From NCBI GenBank assembly GCA_025999155.1, contig AP026679.1, positions 400,699-464,698 on the forward strand: 64,000 nt of DNA. Reading direction: 5' to 3'. This DNA is from Candidatus Dojkabacteria bacterium. Lineage in GTDB: Bacteria > Patescibacteriota > Dojkabacteria > JAOAGR01. Below, one piece after another: positions 58,858 to 64,000 of the stretch. Position numbers and translations under genes: made by a program. The notes beneath the pieces were generated by a model. The model was not told the origin of the DNA, searched no databases, and worked only from the letters and a program-made list of their open reading frames with translations. How positions within the stretch are numbered: the stretch's first letter is position 1; every line of letters starts with the position of its first letter.

Positions 58858-60669
58858 TTAAAGACGGGTTCGTCTGAGTGACAGTCGAATTTCCTCTCCT
58901 TTTCCCTGTGGTGCTGGTGGATCAACTTCTTCTCGGGCAACTGGTAAATCATTTTGAATTAACCATAGAGCAAAAGTATCTGCGATGTTGAGTTGATTAA
59001 GTACGATATAGTGTAACATAGCTTGTACAAATCGGTATTTTCCTATCTTGATAACATTCTCTATGTCCTCACCTAAGGTCCATTTACATCTTTGCCAGTG
59101 ATAAGTGATTTCATTTGGTGCTTTTTCGTCGAAGCCATTTTCTTTCCCATACAAAGAATGCATAAATCTATTTAGAGAATAACCTATAGGAGATACAATA
59201 GCATATTTTAACAACGGGTGCATATCTACAAACATCGTCCAGTCTGGGAGTGCTATGTTATATTGGTTTTCCGCTCTTTTCAGAACATACCTATCCGCGG
59301 GTGTGTAATGTGCGAGGAAGGGGAATTTTTTGAAACCCTGAGTAATAAGTTCTATAAATACAAAAAACTTCAACAAATTTTCCCGTATATCCCTATCACT
59401 AGTACTGTTCGCTGTAAACGTCATCACACGTAATTTCTTTCCTTTTTCTCCTAATTTATTTAGTAATGGGGCAAAAGTATTTTGAAAAATTCCGTGAGGG
59501 GACAGTGTTTGATAAAGTATCGGTAAAGCCATTTTGATCAATTTAAGTCGGTTTACCGTCGCACGCATTGTTTCAAGAGTATTCTTATCCAGTGGGGCAT
59601 GCCTTTGTTTGGTATTTTCGTATAAAATTGCTATGTTTTCGATAATAAAGTTATAAATAACCTGAAGATTTTTTTCTGGTTCGTATGCAATAGATGATAT
59701 TAGGTTTAATTGTCTAGTAATTCTGTGTAACTTCCTTAAATGTTTTTGATGTAGATGAGGGTCAAGATCTTCGTTATATGCGTCCTCAAGTTGTACTAAT
59801 ATGTATTCAAAATATTCTATAAGGGGAGCTCTGTAATTATGATCAAGGTCTTGAAAGTCCACCTTGTCTTTGTCAAGATTATGAGAAGCTATGGATGTTA
59901 TTGTTCGATGTATTTCGCTTATAAAATAGTTAAAAGAGAAAGTAGATGATGAAAGTTTACGTTGTTTTCCATTCTTTGATTGCGAGTCTATTTTATATGG
60001 TACATGTGAATCATTTACAGAGTCTTGTGAAGCATGCGATGAGTTTGATGTAATACCGTACACTTTCTCTAATTGTCCTAATAATACTTTTAATTTTTGT
60101 GATACATCGGTGATGCGACTACTAGGCATTTGCATACTGTTAATTTGAGTCAAATAGTTACTGCCAAGACTATGTATCTCCTTGATTTGGTGTTGGATTT
60201 GGGGGTGAATTGTTTTGTATACAGTCAAATAATTACCTACAATCTGTTCAAAACGTGATGCTAAGGCCTGTATTCTTTGGTCTAAAGGTTCACCTGATCC
60301 CAATGTAGATTCATGCAGTATACCTATATGATAAGGAGGTTGATTAGGTATAAATTCGGTGTCGAAAAATATTATTTCTATTTCATTAGGATCAATACCT
60401 TCTTCATTTGCTATTCGCTCGAGAGCTTCAAATGCGGATGTAACACTGTCTGTTTGTGTCGCAGCTTGTCCCAGAAATAATTCGGCATAATTTATTATCT
60501 GTTGTCCTCTATTTGGTCCTAAAATACTTTTAATCTTCTTTTGTCCTGAAGGTACGGCTTGGATGCCACCAATGCCTACACTTTCTAATCTTTCTGCTGT
60601 AGATTGCCCAACCGAATGAAGTACCGTTAGTGGTGTGTTGCTTTGCCTTGTTAGATTAAGACTGTGCAT
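58858..60669 (-). CDS. Hypothetical protein with HhH and RNase H-like (DEDD; YprB/TM0106-like) motifs
   Basis: SVGQSTAERLESVGI, IIFFDTEF, AHYTPADRYVL, FVDMH...GYSL, LNIADTFAL. Confidence 0.6.
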   Translation of the reverse strand: MHSLNLTRQSNTPLTVLHSVGQSTAERLESVGIGGIQAVPSGQKKIKSILGPNRGQQIINYAELFLGQAATQTDSVTSAFEALERIANEEGIDPNEIEIIFFDTEFIPNQPPYHIGILHESTLGSGEPLDQRIQALASRFEQIVGNYLTVYKTIHPQIQHQIKEIHSLGSNYLTQINSMQMPSSRITDVSQKLKVLLGQLEKVYGITSNSSHASQDSVNDSHVPYKIDSQSKNGKQRKLSSSTFSFNYFISEIHRTITSIASHNLDKDKVDFQDLDHNYRAPLIEYFEYILVQLEDAYNEDLDPHLHQKHLRKLHRITRQLNLISSIAYEPEKNLQVIYNFIIENIAILYENTKQRHAPLDKNTLETMRATVNRLKLIKMALPILYQTLSPHGIFQNTFAPLLNKLGEKGKKLRVMTFTANSTSDRDIRENLLKFFVFIELITQGFKKFPFLAHYTPADRYVLKRAENQYNIALPDWTMFVDMHPLLKYAIVSPIGYSLNRFMHSLYGKENGFDEKAPNEITYHWQRCKWTLGEDIENVIKIGKYRFVQAMLHYIVLNQLNIADTFALWLIQNDLPVAREEVDPPAPQGKGEEIRLSLRRTRL

Positions 60670-60804
60670 AACAGCAAACTTTCGTGAGGGATATATACCA
60701 ATAATATAATTATACTATATAGTAATACTATCGAAAAAGTACAACAGACTCTTATGTTTTCAACGAATCACGCAGAGTTATAATACTAAATGTAGGAGAC
60801 TGGT

Positions 60805-61092
60805 TTATCTAATATGGCTTCTTAGTGTTTCGGATAACTTGGGTTTGTGTACGTAATAATATACAGCGGACGCTATCACAGCCCAGACAAATCCCGGTAA
60901 AAAGAAACTTACCAACAAAATAGTGATCCACAAACCCCTGTCTTTGATATCATTTCTAAAGGCGTGGATGAGACATAGACACCAGAAAGCAAATATGCAA
61001 ATTACTACAATCAGTAGGATACAGACTACGGAACAAGATATTATAGGACCAATCTGTAAAAATAAATCTGCCGTATTTTGATATTCTGACAT
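60805..61092 (-). CDS. Small two-TM membrane protein
   Basis: FWCLCLIHAF...RGLWITILL pattern resembling PLDc N-terminal-type helices. Confidence 0.6.
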   Translation of the reverse strand: MSEYQNTADLFLQIGPIISCSVVCILLIVVICIFAFWCLCLIHAFRNDIKDRGLWITILLVSFFLPGFVWAVIASAVYYYVHKPKLSETLRSHIR

Positions 61093-61105
61093 ACAAGTAA
61101 TTTAC

Positions 61106-62566
61106 TTAGAATTTATGATTATCTGTTCTATTACGAAAATTTTTTACAATAGAAATTAGATTTTCATCATCTCCTTTGTTGCCCATAATCTGCATACCTA
61201 TTGGCATACTATTTTCATCTTTTCCGGCAGGAAATGCTAGAGCTGGTATACCAGCAAGATTAGCAGTGACTGTATATACATCTTCTAAATACATTTCGAG
61301 AGGATTTGTAAGTGTACTGCCTATCTTTAATGCAGATGAAGGAGTTACTGGACTCAAAATAAAGTCTACATTAGTTAAAATATCTTGTAGGTAGTGAAGT
61401 ATATAATTTCGTATGATTTGGGCTTTTTTATAGTATGCATCCACATATCCTTCCGATAAAATAAACGCTCCTAAGAAAACTCTTTTTTTTGCTTCATTAG
61501 TAAACCCTTCTGTTCTAGATTTTGTGAATAGATCTTCCCAGCTATTTACACCAAAGCTAGCAAAATCATAATTAGAAATTTTTATTTTATTTGCTAAATG
61601 ACCATATCTTGTGCCATGATAACGAGCTAGATTTGTACTGGCTTCTGCCATTGCCGTTATGTAATATGTTGGGATGGTATAGTCAAATACAGGAAATTTT
61701 ACTTCTATAGCTTCATAACCTAAATCTGTGAACTGTTGCACTGTGTGTAAATAAAGATTTCTTGTATTTTCATTAATACCGTCAGGAACGAGATCTAGTG
61801 AAAAAGCAAATTTTTTTAGTAGTGGGCGTCTATTCTTATATTCTACGTATGTCATATCATATCCGTCACCACCCTCTAATATAGGGAAGAGTATTTCAAT
61901 ATCTTCTGGTGTTTTGGCAAAGGGTCCAACCGAATCCAATGATGATGCGTACGCTATGCATCCAAACCTTGAAATTCTACCATAAGTAGGTTTTAAACCG
62001 TAAACACCGCAAAAACTTGCAGGATTACGTATAGATCCTCCAGTATCTTCACCTATCGCAAATGCGCACATATCAAGAGCTAAAGCTGCAGCTGAACCTC
62101 CTGATGAGCCTCCCGCAACTCTAGTTTGATCAAATGGATTTTTAGTCACTCCATATGCTGAATTCTCCGTAGATCCTCCAAATCCCCATGAATCCATATT
62201 TGTTTTACCCAATAAAATAGCCCCTTCATCGAGTAGTTTTTTTACTACGGTTGCATCATATACACTATCCGTTTGTTCGAGGTATTTATCTCCAGCTGTG
62301 GTAGGAGTTCCTCTAGCTAAAAAAGAGTCTTTTATAGCAAAAGGTACACCAAGAAGTTTTTTCGTAGATCCCTGTTGACGCATTTCATCTGCTGCACGAG
62401 CTTCTTCTAAAATTTGATCTCTATTACGTACAAATATGTATGCGTTATAAATATGGTTTATTTTTTCAATTCTGTTTAAATAGAATTCACATAATTCAAC
62501 AGCAGTTAATTCTCCAGATTGATATTTGTCAAGAATTTTTTTTACACTTAAACCAATAAGCTCCAT
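61106..62566 (-). CDS. gatA: Glu-tRNA(Gln)/Asp-tRNA(Asn) amidotransferase subunit A
   Basis: GVPFAIKD, GKTNMD, GGSSGGS, DTGGSIRNPA, NLARY, YYKKAQ, MYLEDVYTVTANLAG. Confidence 0.96.
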   Translation of the reverse strand: MELIGLSVKKILDKYQSGELTAVELCEFYLNRIEKINHIYNAYIFVRNRDQILEEARAADEMRQQGSTKKLLGVPFAIKDSFLARGTPTTAGDKYLEQTDSVYDATVVKKLLDEGAILLGKTNMDSWGFGGSTENSAYGVTKNPFDQTRVAGGSSGGSAAALALDMCAFAIGEDTGGSIRNPASFCGVYGLKPTYGRISRFGCIAYASSLDSVGPFAKTPEDIEILFPILEGGDGYDMTYVEYKNRRPLLKKFAFSLDLVPDGINENTRNLYLHTVQQFTDLGYEAIEVKFPVFDYTIPTYYITAMAEASTNLARYHGTRYGHLANKIKISNYDFASFGVNSWEDLFTKSRTEGFTNEAKKRVFLGAFILSEGYVDAYYKKAQIIRNYILHYLQDILTNVDFILSPVTPSSALKIGSTLTNPLEMYLEDVYTVTANLAGIPALAFPAGKDENSMPIGMQIMGNKGDDENLISIVKNFRNRTDNHKF

Positions 62567-62617
62567 AAATTGATTTAGAGAATAAATATACTTACGCTTA
62601 TTGTAACATCGTTTTTA

Positions 62618-63994
62618 TCATTTAGATAGAATGTAAAACATTCCAAATATTAAAATTATAAAGCCTGAAATTATCGGTGATAAAAATTCTGCTTGTTTCC
62701 CAAATTTTTCATCGACTCGTATTTTTGTTTTCCCTTTAAGTATTAGGGATCCAAGTAATATGATGGAACTAGCAAGTCCTAAACTAAACGTAAACACAGT
62801 TATCAGTCCAAGATCAATACGCCCTAAACTCGTAAATGCGAATAATAATGATAATGCATCTATACAAGGTATCATTCCTCCAGATATGCCAGCATAAAAT
62901 AAACTCCATTTATTTGTAATATCAATTAATTTATTATTTTTTAAAATATTTCTAGAAGATTGAGCTTTCTTTCCGTACAGATATAAATATTTGTAATTTT
63001 TATATGCTTTATAACCATTATAAAAAAGGATTAAGCCTAGACCGATAAATAAAAACGCACTAATTCGTTCTATCATACTAATTACTACTTGTGCTTCTGA
63101 AGTACGATTCAAGAGTAATAACATAAAGCCTAGTATAAATATAACTAAAGTATGAGCTAATGTGACAGATAACCCTATTATCATAATATCATAGACGTTT
63201 GCGCCTTTTTTACTTACTAATACTGTAGCCATAATACTTTTTCCATGTCCTGGTGTTGCAGCGTGTAAAGCTCCTGCAATAAATGCAAAAAATAATGCAG
63301 GAAATAGCGCTAATGGATTACTAAAATCATAGTATCGAATATTGTTAATTAATTGCGTTGATAAGTTTCTGATATTATCCATTAAATTAATATTAGATAG
63401 TGAATTTTGTTCTTTTTCGTTTATATTATCTGTAAATTTAAACGTTGTTATATATGTACCAAATTCCAGATTCTCCTGAGGTGTTTCAATTTTTTGAAGT
63501 TTATTTCTTTCTGAAATATTGTCTTCATAAAGGATAGAGTCACCATAGAAGTCGTTTGGTAGATGTCTTTTACTATATACCGCGTGTACTGTGTTAATTT
63601 CCTGTATAGATGGATTTTGAGCTTTAAGATTTATCGAGATATAGTCATTCAAACTTCTAAAATCTCTTTTATTAATTGGTTCAGATGAGATATATTCGAA
63701 TCTTATATTTTGGTTATTAAGTTTTACTGATAAATAAGGTGCTATTGAATTTTCATAGTACAACCTCAATTCTTCATTGGTTGTAATGTTATCATTATTA
63801 GCGTCTATTTCAGGATATACTGCATCTATTACGGCGGGGTCTATTCTAAGACGATAATTTAGATATATTTCAGTATTTTTATAGTTAAATATTAATTCTG
63901 TGATCACTAATGGTTGAGGATGTGCTTTGATTTGATAAGTACTAAATAGGATTAGTATAGAAGTAAAGATACATGTGTAAATAAATTTAAGCAT
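62618..63994 (-). CDS. RcnA/NiCoT-like metal transporter with an N-terminal extracytoplasmic domain
   Basis: Signal peptide then AHP; GALHAATPGHGKS, AHT, GGMIPC, FSLGLA. Confidence 0.82.
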   Translation of the reverse strand: MLKFIYTCIFTSILILFSTYQIKAHPQPLVITELIFNYKNTEIYLNYRLRIDPAVIDAVYPEIDANNDNITTNEELRLYYENSIAPYLSVKLNNQNIRFEYISSEPINKRDFRSLNDYISINLKAQNPSIQEINTVHAVYSKRHLPNDFYGDSILYEDNISERNKLQKIETPQENLEFGTYITTFKFTDNINEKEQNSLSNINLMDNIRNLSTQLINNIRYYDFSNPLALFPALFFAFIAGALHAATPGHGKSIMATVLVSKKGANVYDIMIIGLSVTLAHTLVIFILGFMLLLLNRTSEAQVVISMIERISAFLFIGLGLILFYNGYKAYKNYKYLYLYGKKAQSSRNILKNNKLIDITNKWSLFYAGISGGMIPCIDALSLLFAFTSLGRIDLGLITVFTFSLGLASSIILLGSLILKGKTKIRVDEKFGKQAEFLSPIISGFIILIFGMFYILSK

Positions 63995-64000
63995 ATGATT

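Noticed and set aside
1499-61394. Many short antisense ORFs overlapping housekeeping and R-M genes
   Set aside because: Shadow frames with no recognisable motifs

Overview
AT-rich chromosomal segment using the standard code (TGA = stop). The gene set looks like a streamlined Patescibacteria/CPR genome (short IF2, trimmed Mfd, AAA-only Lon, TsaC-TsaE fusion, degenerate enolase); the lineage is inferred, not shown. Housekeeping genes are radA, lepB, pilD, mfd, pheST with a T-box leader, rpmF, nusB, infB, rny, dnaN, murE, ndk and gatA, plus four tRNAs. A probable replication origin lies at about 43.4-43.9 kb upstream of dnaN: DnaA boxes, a basal-unwinding-system-like motif and a visible GC-skew switch, with no dnaA in the window. 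There are two Type I restriction-modification loci. The first (11.2-18.1 kb) holds the most unusual structure: a small GIY-YIG nuclease coupled to hsdM, two composite arrays of REP-like hairpins with a conserved loop and variable stems, one more such hairpin in frame inside hsdS, and a decayed REP-associated tyrosine transposase (RAYT) fragment. Other highlights are a domain-permuted PheT, a CIRCE-controlled hsp20 with a long structured leader, a Fur/CooC-like ATPase/CysK-rhodanese/MFS cassette with its own operator, and decayed relics of hsdM and ndk missed by the ORF track.
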